A DNA stretch of 64,000 nucleotides, taken from IMG/VR virus record IMGVR_UViG_3300028048_001599. One strand, written 5' to 3'. Positions 18,756-28,641 of the stretch are shown here, piece after piece; position 1 is the first letter of the stretch, and every line of letters starts with the position of its first letter. The notes under the pieces are model-generated. The model searched no databases, was not told the origin of the DNA, and saw only the letters and a list, made by a program, of their open reading frames with translations. The DNA is from a virus (Duplodnaviria; Heunggongvirae; Uroviricota; Caudoviricetes). Made by a program: the position numbers and the translations under genes.

Positions 18756-20945
18756 ATGGCTAAGAAACATAAGAAACTTCAAACTATTACTGCTTGTATT
18801 CTTTCGGCAATGCTTGTATCGAGTATGTCTGCAATGACTGCATTTGCGGCAGAAGACGATGCTGAAGGTATTACTGACTGGGACGATGGTGCAGTCGATG
18901 CTGGTACAGATGATACCGCATGGGGTGACGATGATAATACTTATGACAATGGTACTACTGAAGACTTTGTAGACACAGATACAGATTCGGAAGGAACGGA
19001 TGAAGATTTCGGTGGTGACGGTTGGGAAGACCCAGTATATGACGGTGGAACAGATGGAGGTTTTGGCGACGAAGATTGGGAAGACCCAACATATGACGAT
19101 GGAACAGATGATTCTCAGGAAGATGTAGACTGGGGTACAGGCACTGGCGAAGTCGAAGGTGGTCTTGAAGAAGGTGACCTTGGAGAAGGCGATTTCGACA
19201 CAGACGGGGGTGACGAAGACGCTCCTATTGACTGGGACTTAGGCGACGATGATGACGAAGACGCCCCTATTGACTGGGACTTAGGTGACGATGATGACGG
19301 TACTGAAGAAACACCTGATTGGGACTTAGGTGACGATGATGACGGTACTGAAGAAACACCTGATTGGGACTTAGGCGAAGGTGAAGACGGTGGAGAAGAT
19401 ACACCTATTGACTGGGACTTAGACGAAGATGATATTGACAAAACACTTGACTGCGACGGTGATGACGGTAATGAAGAAACACCTGTAGATGATACACCCA
19501 CTGACGACAATCCAGTAGACGACCCTGTAGATGATACACCTACTGACGACAATCCAGTAGACGACCCTGTAGATGATACACCTACTGACGACAATCCAGT
19601 AGACGACCCTGTAGATGATACACCTACTGACGACAATCCAGTAGACAACCCAGTAGACGACCCTGTAGATGATACACCTACAGACGGGGGTGAGGGTGAA
19701 AGTGGTGAAGAAACACCTGTAGACGATCCTACTGATGATAACCCTGTAGACGATACACCTACTGATGGTGGTGAGGGTGAAGATGGCGAAGAAACACCTG
19801 TAGACGATCCTACTGATGATAACCCTGTAGACGATACACCTACTGACGACACACCTACTGATGATAACCCTGTAGATGATACACCTACTGATGATAACCC
19901 GGTAGATGACACACCTACTGATGATAACCCTGTAGATGATAACCCTGTAGATGACACACCTACTGATGATAACCCGGTAGATGACAACCCGGTAGATGAC
20001 ACACCTACTGATGATAACCCGGTAGATGACAACCCGGTAGATGACACACCTGTAGACGATAATCCCACTGACGGTGGCGAAGACGAGAAGCCTGTTGACG
20101 GTGGTGACGATGAGACACCTGTAGAGGGTGATGATACACCTACTGATGATACACCTATCGACGGGGGTGAAGACACACCTGCTGATGATACACCTGTTGA
20201 CGGTGGTGACGATGAGACACCTGTAGAGGGTGATGATACACCTACTGATGATACACCTACTGATGATACACCTACTGATGATACACCTACTGATGATACA
20301 CCCGTTGACGGTGGTGATAGCGAGACACCTGTAGAGGGTGATGACACTCCCACGGACGACAATCCGACAGACGGTGAAGACACACCTGCTGATGATACAC
20401 CCGTAGATGGTGATGAAACACCTACTGACGGTGGTGACGATGAAACACCTGTAGAGAGTGATGACACACCTACTGACAGTGGTGAAGACACACCTTCCGA
20501 TGAAACACCTGACGATGGTGATGCTAAAACACCTGTTGACGGTTCTGAAGACGGCGAAGGTGAGGATAAAACTCCTTCCGATGAAACACCTGCCGATGAA
20601 ACACCTATAGATGGTGCTGGTTCTGAAGATGGTTCTGAAGATGGTTCTGAGGACGGTTCTGAAGACGGTTCTGAATACGGTTCTGAAGACGGTTCTGAAG
20701 ACGGTGATTCCGATAGCGAATACGTTGACGCAGTAGCTCCTATTTCTGATAACACGAATACACCTTCCAGTGGTTCTTATACTGGTGACAGTGATTACAC
20801 ACCTTCCTACTCTTACACAGATGGTGGTTCTGTAGACACTGTTAAGACTGGTGATACAATGCCGATTATGGCAATGGTTGGGGTAGCAATTGCTTCAGCA
20901 CTTGCTGGTATTGCAGCTTTCTTTAAGAGAAAGAGAGAAGACTAA
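18756..20945 (+). CDS. Secreted, extremely acidic repeat protein with a candidate sortase sorting signal. It is a putative cell-wall-anchored surface protein.
   Basis: Signal peptide MAKKHKKLQTITACILSAMLVSSMSAMTAFA. About 600 aa are D/E/T/P repeats (PVDDTPTDDN and similar). The C-terminus is VKTG-DT, then 22 hydrophobic residues, then KRKRED. This is the tripartite cell-wall sorting signal architecture, with KTG resembling sortase B motifs (NPKTG/SPKTG). Confidence 0.75.
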   Translation: MAKKHKKLQTITACILSAMLVSSMSAMTAFAAEDDAEGITDWDDGAVDAGTDDTAWGDDDNTYDNGTTEDFVDTDTDSEGTDEDFGGDGWEDPVYDGGTDGGFGDEDWEDPTYDDGTDDSQEDVDWGTGTGEVEGGLEEGDLGEGDFDTDGGDEDAPIDWDLGDDDDEDAPIDWDLGDDDDGTEETPDWDLGDDDDGTEETPDWDLGEGEDGGEDTPIDWDLDEDDIDKTLDCDGDDGNEETPVDDTPTDDNPVDDPVDDTPTDDNPVDDPVDDTPTDDNPVDDPVDDTPTDDNPVDNPVDDPVDDTPTDGGEGESGEETPVDDPTDDNPVDDTPTDGGEGEDGEETPVDDPTDDNPVDDTPTDDTPTDDNPVDDTPTDDNPVDDTPTDDNPVDDNPVDDTPTDDNPVDDNPVDDTPTDDNPVDDNPVDDTPVDDNPTDGGEDEKPVDGGDDETPVEGDDTPTDDTPIDGGEDTPADDTPVDGGDDETPVEGDDTPTDDTPTDDTPTDDTPTDDTPVDGGDSETPVEGDDTPTDDNPTDGEDTPADDTPVDGDETPTDGGDDETPVESDDTPTDSGEDTPSDETPDDGDAKTPVDGSEDGEGEDKTPSDETPADETPIDGAGSEDGSEDGSEDGSEDGSEYGSEDGSEDGDSDSEYVDAVAPISDNTNTPSSGSYTGDSDYTPSYSYTDGGSVDTVKTGDTMPIMAMVGVAIASALAGIAAFFKRKRED
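19200..20720 (+). repeat. Composite array of imperfect tandem repeats (30-45-bp units, plus a 12-bp gatggttctgaa unit at about 20618..20703)
   Basis: Visible periodic repetition encoding DAPIDWDLGDDDD, PVDDTPTDDNPVDDP, TPTDD and SEDG units. Confidence 0.85.
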
Positions 20946-20975
20946 TTAGTTAGTTTTTATTACCTTTGAATAGAT

Positions 20976-21014
20976 TGGGGGCAACTCACTTATTGTGGGT
21001 TGTCCTTTTTCTTT
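20976..21014 (+). terminator. Probable terminator (imperfect hairpin plus T-tract)
   Basis: gggggcaactcac...gtgggttgtcc followed by TTTTTCTTT. Confidence 0.5.
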
Positions 21015-21124
21015 ACTGTATTACGTCAATGGTTTAATTTAATAATAAAAAAATTATAAATTGTAGTAAAAAATAATAACTAAGGTTTATAATAAATATA
21101 TTGTAATAAAGGTGGTTTTTAGCA

Positions 21125-21865
21125 ATGGTATCTAATACAGGTAATTGTCCATATTGCACAAGGGATATTGATGGTTCTGTACAATTAGAAACAATATCTC
21201 TTGATGGTATTGAGGGTTTAAAAGTTGTGGTTGATGCTCAAGATGGGGTACTATCAATAGGCATTATTACTGAACAAAATACAAAGGCACGTGAATTATT
21301 TCATAAGCACTCTGTTGCTTTTAAGACTGATGCTAAATTTTGTCCATACTGTGGTAAACAGTTAATAAGAACTGACGCATCAGATAAATCGTATGATTAT
21401 ATAATTGATGACATTGAAGATGAATTTTCAGACGACGGTAGTGACAGTCAGACATGTGAAGAAGAGGATATAGACGGAATAGGGGGTGACTTTGATGTTA
21501 TTGAAGATATTGAAGATATTAATGGTTTTGATACTACTGGTAGTAATACTGATTCCGATGATATTGATAACTTCGATTATATTGACTACACCGATGATAC
21601 TAGTTATGCCGATGACATCGACACCTTTGTTGACGATGACACTGGTATAGATGATGGTATATATTCTGAATTTATACCCGAATCAGATGAAGACGACTCA
21701 GGTGATATAGACGACTTCGACGATTCTAATACTAAACATACAGCAGTAGCAAACATGCCGGTTCATTTTGATGTTGACAGTGCTGTTGACGAGGCTTTGT
21801 TTATGATGGGTATAAACCCATATGAAGATTATGGTGTAGATGTGGTGATAGATGATGACATATAA
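21125..21865 (+). CDS. Zinc-ribbon protein with an acidic Asp-rich C-terminal region
   Basis: CPYCTRD...CPYCGKQ zinc ribbon followed by D/E-rich low complexity. RBS AAGGTGGT. Confidence 0.6.
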   Translation: MVSNTGNCPYCTRDIDGSVQLETISLDGIEGLKVVVDAQDGVLSIGIITEQNTKARELFHKHSVAFKTDAKFCPYCGKQLIRTDASDKSYDYIIDDIEDEFSDDGSDSQTCEEEDIDGIGGDFDVIEDIEDINGFDTTGSNTDSDDIDNFDYIDYTDDTSYADDIDTFVDDDTGIDDGIYSEFIPESDEDDSGDIDDFDDSNTKHTAVANMPVHFDVDSAVDEALFMMGINPYEDYGVDVVIDDDI

Positions 21866-22694
21866 AGATATTTTTAACACTATGTCATTTGTATCATTTG
21901 ACATATCAGTAAGAAGCACAGGTTGGTGTAAATATCAGAATGGGGTATTAACCTATGGTTCATTTAGTTTAACATCGAAGGATGAGTTACACCGTAGAAT
22001 GGAGTTTAGGAATAAAGCAATAGAACTTATAGACAATAAGTCATACGATTTTATAGCTATTGAGGACGTTATAGCTGGTTGTAACTTTGAAACAACAAAG
22101 GCACTTGTTCAGTTAAATTCAATAGTTGATGACTTGATTTATCTTCATGTTGTTCCTGAAAACAAAGTATGTCGTATAGGTAACATGATATGGAAAAAGT
22201 ACCTAAAAGATGTTACAAATTATAGGGGTGTCAAGGCAGCGTATGGTAAAGATGAGATAAAGGAGTCTATACAAAAATTAGGATTTGTCGAGGACACTGT
22301 TCAGGACGTATATGATAGCGTAGGAATAGCAATAGGGGTAGTATCACAACTAACGAATCCTACTGACATTCATAAAGCAAAAGCAAAAATACGAACTGAT
22401 TTAACAAAAAGTTATAACTTTTATAGTTACTCTGATGATAAACTTATATATTTTACTAATTCAACAGGTCTTGACGAACTTGATATATCTTTCGATGGTA
22501 CTTGTAGAGATATGCTTGCACAGTTCAAAAAGACAACTATGGATTTAGGTGACGATTACATTTTTGTATTGGATGCTCCAAGGGAGAAATATGGGGTACT
22601 TGCGTTAACAGGTAAATTACCCATGCAAAATAATGATGATAGAATAATAGCTGTTAAAAAGACAGTTAAGATAAAACAAACAAAAGAGGGTTGA
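21852..22694 (+). CDS. Putative RuvC-like Holliday junction resolvase
   Basis: VSFDISVRSTGWC (compare the RuvC GIDPGxxxTGY motif), FIAIEDV (catalytic Glu motif) and a C-terminal DVYDSVGIAIG (D..D.A.A motif). The start is uncertain (21852 or 21882). Confidence 0.5.
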   Translation: MMTYKDIFNTMSFVSFDISVRSTGWCKYQNGVLTYGSFSLTSKDELHRRMEFRNKAIELIDNKSYDFIAIEDVIAGCNFETTKALVQLNSIVDDLIYLHVVPENKVCRIGNMIWKKYLKDVTNYRGVKAAYGKDEIKESIQKLGFVEDTVQDVYDSVGIAIGVVSQLTNPTDIHKAKAKIRTDLTKSYNFYSYSDDKLIYFTNSTGLDELDISFDGTCRDMLAQFKKTTMDLGDDYIFVLDAPREKYGVLALTGKLPMQNNDDRIIAVKKTVKIKQTKEG

Positions 22695-22698
22695 TTTT

Positions 22699-22911
22699 AT
22701 GGAAAAAGTAAATGCTATGATTCACAGTTTAGGTAGGCAGGATACAGTTTCAATTGTAGTTCATATCAACAATAACAACGTACTTGCAAAGTATAAAGGT
22801 AACTACTATACAGCAATTTTTAATCCTTTTGTATGTTTATACTACGTAGATGACAAATACGGTAAGCTATCAAAAGAGGACGCTGAAATAAGATACGGTG
22901 TAAAGCTATAA
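22699..22911 (+). CDS. Hypothetical protein
   Basis: ORF with RBS AGAGGGT. Confidence 0.5.
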   Translation: MEKVNAMIHSLGRQDTVSIVVHINNNNVLAKYKGNYYTAIFNPFVCLYYVDDKYGKLSKEDAEIRYGVKL

Positions 22912-22923
22912 GGGGGTACTTAT

Positions 22924-23274
22924 ATGTTAAATATTAAGGACTTAGATTTATGCTGTGAGAACAATTTGGATTATCTTAAATTAGGTATTTCACCTATTGT
23001 GTTAAATGCTTACTACAATTCAAAAATAGCAAATTGTAGATATATTGATTTTGGTATATCTGGTGCTCCTGTATTTGAGAAGGATATACCTGAAATAGTA
23101 GCTACTTTACGGAAGTATAAGATTAATTCTATAACCTTATCTTCGTCTTATTCAAGTTACTTGAATCTGGTAAATATATTTGCTCAATTCGGGTATACAC
23201 CAAAGGCTTTGGATTATTTACCTAATGGTGTTCCGACTTTACTTCTACAATATGGCTCAAAAGGTAATATCTGA
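22924..23274 (+). CDS. Hypothetical protein
   Basis: ORF with RBS AGGGGGTA. Confidence 0.5.
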   Translation: MLNIKDLDLCCENNLDYLKLGISPIVLNAYYNSKIANCRYIDFGISGAPVFEKDIPEIVATLRKYKINSITLSSSYSSYLNLVNIFAQFGYTPKALDYLPNGVPTLLLQYGSKGNI

Positions 23275-23292
23275 ATATTATTATATTAGGAG

Positions 23293-23586
23293 GTGTTACT
23301 AATGGTAGCTTTGCCGGTAAGTGAGTTGTTGAAAGAACTATTTTCTAAATTATCTACAAGTCAAATAAAGTCATTACTTGTTAATTCTGATATATCAGCT
23401 AGGATAACCCAGGAAAGAGTAAATCGGGGTATGTCACAGGGTGAATTTGCAGAGTTACTTGGGGTAAGTGTACCTAAGTTAAACGAATACGAACATGGGT
23501 ATGATTTCAAGATTTCAGAGTTATCGTCTATACTTGATAAACTAGATATGGACTATAGCATAAATATAACACATGATAGGAGTTAA
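23293..23586 (+). CDS. XRE-family helix-turn-helix transcriptional regulator
   Basis: QERVNRGMSQGEFAELLGVSVPKLNEYEHG is a canonical HTH_XRE signature. RBS GGAGGTG. Confidence 0.7.
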   Translation: MLLMVALPVSELLKELFSKLSTSQIKSLLVNSDISARITQERVNRGMSQGEFAELLGVSVPKLNEYEHGYDFKISELSSILDKLDMDYSINITHDRS

Positions 23587-23588
23587 TT

Positions 23589-23978
23589 ATGATTACACAA
23601 GAAGAGATATTAATGACCGAAAGAAAAAGATTAGGATTTTTTGGACTTCCATGGACATTTACAAAATATTCTATTACACCAAAGAAATTGATTATTGAAT
23701 CAGGTTTCTTTACAAGTTCTGAAAATGAAATACTAATGTATAGAATCACTGACGTATCATATACAAGAACACTTTTTCAGAAAATGTTTGGACTTGGTAC
23801 ATTGACTATATATTCACATGATAAGACAAATCCCTCATTAATAATAAAGAACATAAAAAATTCAAGAGACTTTAAGGAGAAGTTATCTGAAATTGTAGAG
23901 AAGGATAGACAGCGTATGCGTATGCGCCAGACAGAGTTGCTTGAATCTGACAGTATTGATTATGATGACAACTTTTAA
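23589..23978 (+). CDS. Bacterial PH-domain (YdbT/DUF304-like) protein
   Basis: SGFF...E.lmYRItDV...F.GLGTLTIY pattern typical of bPH_2. Confidence 0.45.
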   Translation: MITQEEILMTERKRLGFFGLPWTFTKYSITPKKLIIESGFFTSSENEILMYRITDVSYTRTLFQKMFGLGTLTIYSHDKTNPSLIIKNIKNSRDFKEKLSEIVEKDRQRMRMRQTELLESDSIDYDDNF

Positions 23979-23994
23979 GATTGGAGTGATTTGA

Positions 23995-24444
23995 GTGTAT
24001 AATAAATACCTTGAAGATTTAGGATTAACACGAGATGATTACGATTATACAACTTGGACTGAGGGTAAGAAATTAAAGAAGATTCGTAAGAAGACAGGTC
24101 TTGATTTTCGTGCTTGTTATAATTTTGATAATACAATAGCTTTTTATCTTTACTCCATGTTGAAGTTATACTCAAAGTATACAATAACAGCACTTGATTA
24201 TGAAAAATGTCAATACGGTGATTTTTACGGTACATTGGGTGAAGCTATCAGACAGGTACGTAAAGGTCTGAAACTGTATATTAAATACGGTTTTTCTATG
24301 ATTTCACTGACTGACAAGCAAAAAGGTAAGGTAGCTAAATACCTAGGTGTTTCTATTGATGACTTAAAAGAAGATGCCTTGATATCTGTATATAAAAAGG
24401 CTATGCACTTGTATGCCGATATTGCACCGTATATTTGGGATTGA
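23995..24444 (+). CDS. Hypothetical protein (GTG start)
   Basis: ORF with RBS GGAGTGA. Confidence 0.5.
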   Translation: MYNKYLEDLGLTRDDYDYTTWTEGKKLKKIRKKTGLDFRACYNFDNTIAFYLYSMLKLYSKYTITALDYEKCQYGDFYGTLGEAIRQVRKGLKLYIKYGFSMISLTDKQKGKVAKYLGVSIDDLKEDALISVYKKAMHLYADIAPYIWD

Positions 24445-24454
24445 GGTGAATGAA

Positions 24455-24748
24455 ATGGTAGTAACAAAAAGAATGGTAGAGGATATGTTCTTACAGAATG
24501 TACCCGATGCTAAAATTGAGGTACTTACAGAAGAACCTCAGAGGGAATGGAAACATTGTTGTTGTAATGGTGGTGTAAGTGTAATGTCACCGCAGGTTAT
24601 AAATCAAATGGGGGTACTTGTGAAGTATGCACTTTGTCCATATTGTCATAAGATTATTTATATAGCGGATTATTCAGGTGCTATTCCATTTAAGATGTCA
24701 CCAGATGGGTTTATACTTCCGTCTGACCAACAGCAGATGTTCTTTTAG
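24455..24748 (+). CDS. Hypothetical Cys-rich small protein
   Basis: ATG after TGAGGTGAATGAA. It has CCCNGG...CPYCHK motifs. Confidence 0.5.
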   Translation: MVVTKRMVEDMFLQNVPDAKIEVLTEEPQREWKHCCCNGGVSVMSPQVINQMGVLVKYALCPYCHKIIYIADYSGAIPFKMSPDGFILPSDQQQMFF

Positions 24749-24824
24749 TTTAGCACATCGAATAATTAATAAGTAGAAAACTGTAAAAATTTAGCACATT
24801 TTTGAAATATTTGGAAATAAACTC

Positions 24825-24853
24825 TTGACATTTTATGACATTCATGGTATAAT
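24825..24853 (+). promoter_or_regulatory. Consensus sigma-A promoter
   Basis: TTGACA, a 17-nt spacer, then TGGTATAAT. It lies inside the over-long ORF call 24825..25529, so the true start is 24888. Confidence 0.7.
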
Positions 24854-24887
24854 ATTAGTATATTCAAAAAGTGTCGGAGGTTATAAT

Positions 24888-25529
24888 ATGGCAGATGTGT
24901 TTAAAACCGAAGTATCGGGGCTATCTGAATCAGATGTAACACCGTACTTCTCTATTAATTGTGTTGAAGAAAATATACTTGACCTTAATAAAATTATGAA
25001 AATACCTAATTCAACCTATTCGGTAGAGAAGGATTTGTGCATAACAAACGGTGAATTTGAGTGGATATGTAAAAATTGGGGTTGTTCTTCAAATGTATTC
25101 AATTTGAGTTGTGAAAACAATAAGGTCATATTTTCAACATTAAGTGGTTCACCTATACCCGTATTAAGAAAATTATCATCAATGTTAAACAAATCCCTTA
25201 TTGTAAAATTTGCGTCTGAGTCACCCGGTGAAGCATCAGGAATGTATAAAATAGAAAACGGGGTAGTTACAAGTGAATACATACCTGAAAATTTTTCCAA
25301 TGAATCAATGGATATTTATATGTATTTGTTTGAGGATTATGAATACTTTTATCAGGACGAGGACGGAAATTGGCACGAGAAAACTGAGGAAGATTATGAA
25401 CAGGGTTTGGGTTCAGAAGCTATTGATTACAATTATTATAGTAATTACGATGATGATTATGACTCAGATTATGACGATGAGGACTTGGACTCTTTAGGTT
25501 TTACTGAAGATACAGATATGTATGAATAA
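24888..25529 (+). CDS. Hypothetical protein with an acidic Tyr/Asp-rich C-terminus
   Basis: ATG preceded by GGAGGTTATAAT. C-terminal YDDDYDSDYDDEDLD. Confidence 0.6.
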   Translation: MADVFKTEVSGLSESDVTPYFSINCVEENILDLNKIMKIPNSTYSVEKDLCITNGEFEWICKNWGCSSNVFNLSCENNKVIFSTLSGSPIPVLRKLSSMLNKSLIVKFASESPGEASGMYKIENGVVTSEYIPENFSNESMDIYMYLFEDYEYFYQDEDGNWHEKTEEDYEQGLGSEAIDYNYYSNYDDDYDSDYDDEDLDSLGFTEDTDMYE

Positions 25530-25535
25530 AAATAT

Positions 25536-25570
25536 TAAGTAGCACTTAAAGTGCTACTTTTATTTTATAT
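25536..25570 (+). terminator. Rho-independent terminator
   Basis: agtagcac-ttaaa-gtgctact followed by TTTATTTTAT. Confidence 0.65.
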
Positions 25571-25601
25571 ATTAAAAATAAAATAAAGGAGACCAAATTT
25601 T

Positions 25602-26300
25602 ATGGTAGTAATATGTAGAGATGATTTTATAAGAATATTAAAACAGGGTTCTGCTTATGTTCTTGGGACTTCTACTTGTAATAGTGGACTTCTGACAAAT
25701 CAGGGTTCAACTAATAGAAGATATATAAGAACACAAAAGTACAGACAAACACTTGTTGATAGTATTAGGTCAGCTATCAAAAATAGGGTGTTTAATATGA
25801 ATCTTGAAACGGATATTAAACTGTACACACCAACATTTGTCGACACTAATCCATATGCGGTAATGAGAAACCCTCTCAGTGATGTCCGTAACGAAGAGTT
25901 GGTTATAAAGACCGATTGTATTGAGATTCAGACTCGTGATAAAGATGACTCAATTTCAGTAGTTACAAGAGCACTTCGTGGTACATCATACAAATCTGAT
26001 AAGTGTTATCGTACCTCGTATTATTTTGGGGGTAATGTGAAGGTTGGTCAGTCTAATTATGTATATATTGCGGAAACAATTGAACTACCAAGCACTTCGG
26101 CATACTCCAGTGTGATAACTTATTCTCCCGCATTTTTTGTAATATATGCAGTAAAGACCGATAAAGAGGTGCCAATACCTTGTCATTCAACGCCTATCGG
26201 TGCTAAGGCAGATGAAATACTTCGTGACGAGGAGGAAAAATCGAGTGCAAAGAATAAGTCAAATGCACGAAAAAGGAAGGCGATTAAAAATGAGTTTTAA
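25602..26300 (+). CDS. Hypothetical protein
   Basis: ORF with RBS AAGGAGA. Confidence 0.55.
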   Translation: MVVICRDDFIRILKQGSAYVLGTSTCNSGLLTNQGSTNRRYIRTQKYRQTLVDSIRSAIKNRVFNMNLETDIKLYTPTFVDTNPYAVMRNPLSDVRNEELVIKTDCIEIQTRDKDDSISVVTRALRGTSYKSDKCYRTSYYFGGNVKVGQSNYVYIAETIELPSTSAYSSVITYSPAFFVIYAVKTDKEVPIPCHSTPIGAKADEILRDEEEKSSAKNKSNARKRKAIKNEF

Positions 26301-27495
26301 GTTAATATTAGACATGCATGAAAGTCTTGAAGAAACAGGTATCACCGATGAATACATTGAAGCTCTTGAGGAATTTATTATTGAATGTAACGAGGCTGAG
26401 GCTCGTGGTGAAGAACTTGTAGACGATTCTGTTTATGACACTGTTAAAACTTGGTTACAGGATGCAAGTCCGGATAGTGACGTGCTTAAGCATGTATGGT
26501 CAACAGATGTCAGTGACTTGACTGATTTGGATATATACCAGCAGAAATTCCCTATGGTATCTATTCAGACAATTAAGGATATCAATGATAAAGAAGTTAA
26601 CGACTTTATATCAAAGATGACTGGTTCTATGCGATTTTTAGCATCTATGAAATTGAATGGTCACGGTATTAGAGTAGTATTTAATAATGGGGTACTTGTA
26701 AAAGCACATACAAGGGGTCGTTCTTCAAATGGTAGGGATATAACACGTCAGGCAAAAAACTTCATTGGTGATAAACCAGAACTTGACGGTTTCGGGTTAG
26801 TCGAGGTAAGGGGTGAAGTACTTATACCATTTGAAAATTTATCCGCAGCTAAACAGTTCAACCCAGCAATAAAAAGTGCCTTTTCAGGGGTATCCTCACT
26901 TATAAAGGAAAGTTCAACAAAGGAAGAAAACGAGTTACTTCGATTTGTTGCTTATAACGTATTTTTCGATGGTTCTGAAGAATTTGTAGCACTTTCTGAT
27001 AAATTCAATTTTCTTGATGAGCATGGGTTTGAAACTCCTTACGGTCAGACATTTATGGTGGGACCGTCTAAAGCAAAAATGGCATTTGAAAAGATTGTTG
27101 AGATGTTTGCTACTGTTCAGGAGACATATTCTTATTATACTGACGGTGTTGTAGTTTCAGTAGACCTATTTGATGAATTTGAATCATTCGGTAGTGAGGA
27201 GCATCATCACAATGGTAATCTTGCATTGAAGATAGGTTTTTGGAAACAGGACATGTATTCTGCGGTAATTGAGGATATAAAGTGGAAACGGGGTAAAAAT
27301 AAACTTTCACCTGTAGCTGTTGTAGAACCTACTTTGACTGTTACGGGTAACACAGTGAGACATGTTCCGTTATATAATCCTTATAACATTCTTATACTTG
27401 ATGCATACCCTGGTGAGGTAATTCACTTTAGGTATGGTGGTGAAGCTGGTGTTAAGCCTTGTTTTGCAGACGGTAGGAATGTTACGGAAATTTAA
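26290..27495 (+). CDS. NAD-dependent (LigA-type) DNA ligase, N-terminal catalytic fragment (domain Ia, adenylation, OB-fold)
   Basis: Motif I MKLNGHG (KxDG-like, the adenylated Lys). TRGRSSNGRDIT resembles LigA TRGDGxxGEDVT. Motif IV is DGVVVSVD and motif V is LALKIGFW. The OB-like C-terminal end is VTGNTVRHVPLYNPYNILILDAYPGEVIHFRYGGEAGVKP. The ORF ends directly after the OB fold. The start was chosen at ATG 26290 after AAGGAAGG. Confidence 0.75.
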   Translation: MSFKLILDMHESLEETGITDEYIEALEEFIIECNEAEARGEELVDDSVYDTVKTWLQDASPDSDVLKHVWSTDVSDLTDLDIYQQKFPMVSIQTIKDINDKEVNDFISKMTGSMRFLASMKLNGHGIRVVFNNGVLVKAHTRGRSSNGRDITRQAKNFIGDKPELDGFGLVEVRGEVLIPFENLSAAKQFNPAIKSAFSGVSSLIKESSTKEENELLRFVAYNVFFDGSEEFVALSDKFNFLDEHGFETPYGQTFMVGPSKAKMAFEKIVEMFATVQETYSYYTDGVVVSVDLFDEFESFGSEEHHHNGNLALKIGFWKQDMYSAVIEDIKWKRGKNKLSPVAVVEPTLTVTGNTVRHVPLYNPYNILILDAYPGEVIHFRYGGEAGVKPCFADGRNVTEI

Positions 27496-27545
27496 TAAAA
27501 AAATAATAACCAATTATTAGTATATAGTAAAAAGGAGGGTTAAAA

Positions 27546-27968
27546 ATGAAAAAATATCTATTAATGACACTGGTTGTATTAGCTATGGTGGGTACTTCTG
27601 CCTGTAATAATGGTAACGATAAACAAAAGCAGCAAACATTAGCTGATGATAGTTCCGCAAGTCAGGCATCTATTTCACATGTTGAATCTGTAGTAGCTTC
27701 AAAGGTTGATGAAAGTAAACCTGACTTATTTGAACGTGAGGAACAAAGTTTAGAGCCTGTTACATCGGATAATATTATAGACAGCACGACACTTCCGGGC
27801 TCAACAAGTTCAGAAACTGAGGAATCATTGAATGGTGGCGAGACATCTGAGCAAGTGTCTGAACAGGTATCAAGGCAGACATCAGGTGATGTTTCAGGTC
27901 AGGAATCGACAACATCAGGTGAAACTGAACAGGAATCAAGTTCACATGACATAGGTGGCTTGTCATAA
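27546..27968 (+). CDS. Lipoprotein (lipobox TSAC) with an acidic S/T/E-rich mature region
   Basis: RBS AGGAGGGT. Signal peptide plus lipobox VGTSAC. Confidence 0.6.
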   Translation: MKKYLLMTLVVLAMVGTSACNNGNDKQKQQTLADDSSASQASISHVESVVASKVDESKPDLFEREEQSLEPVTSDNIIDSTTLPGSTSSETEESLNGGETSEQVSEQVSRQTSGDVSGQESTTSGETEQESSSHDIGGLS

Positions 27969-28007
27969 TACATAGTTAGTAGGTGTCACACAAGGGGTGT
28001 GATATAA

Positions 28008-28286
28008 ATGCGTACAAGAAATGGTTACTTTATAGAGTTAAATGGTAAAAACCTTTTTATAATTCAAGAGTCTTACTATCTCAAGGATAAACTGATAAAG
28101 ATTTTATTGTTAAGATTTGGCTGTAATTATGACCCTGAGTCAATAAAGAAAACACGGTCAAATGCAAAAAGAGCCAAGTTAGGGGTAGACAACCTTGGAA
28201 ATTACATAGTTAAACTAAAGGGTGGAACATTTACTCATATAGAGAATATTGTGATATTAAACTCAAATTCTTTTAACTTAGATTAA
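28008..28286 (+). CDS. Hypothetical protein
   Basis: ORF with RBS AGGGGTG. Confidence 0.45.
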   Translation: MRTRNGYFIELNGKNLFIIQESYYLKDKLIKILLLRFGCNYDPESIKKTRSNAKRAKLGVDNLGNYIVKLKGGTFTHIENIVILNSNSFNLD

Positions 28287-28297
28287 GAGGTGATTAC

Positions 28298-28621
28298 TTG
28301 ACTTTATGGAAATTCAAGGTGTTTGAACAATATTTCTTAGATGTTATGCAAAGACATGAAACAGAGTTCAACTTGAATATTAGTAATATACTTGTAAGTT
28401 TTGACGGTATAATCAAACTAAATGGGGTTTTAACTAATATTCAAAATACACCTTATGAATTAAGAAAAATATATAAAAATATTTTATCTTCTGTATGTAA
28501 TAATTATAATACAGACATACGGTATAATAACATACACGGTGACATTATCAATCCAGTCATAAATGTATGTTTAACCAAAAATAGGGGTATTTATGACTTC
28601 GTATTTGAAATAAAAGTTTAA
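28298..28621 (+). CDS. Hypothetical protein (TTG start)
   Basis: ORF with RBS AGAGGTGA. Confidence 0.45.
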   Translation: MTLWKFKVFEQYFLDVMQRHETEFNLNISNILVSFDGIIKLNGVLTNIQNTPYELRKIYKNILSSVCNNYNTDIRYNNIHGDIINPVINVCLTKNRGIYDFVFEIKV

Positions 28622-28641
28622 AAGGTATAGGTGGTAACAAA

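Noticed and set aside
19200-20720. CRISPR-like array
   Set aside because: The repeats are contiguous with no unique spacers. They are in-frame and protein-coding (acidic peptide repeats). No cas genes are present.
19115-20755. 546-aa minus-strand ORF
   Set aside because: It is the antisense reading of the GAT/GAC/ACA repeat array of the acidic protein gene. It is pure low-complexity S/G/V/P text with no RBS, whereas the + strand product has a signal peptide and a sorting signal.
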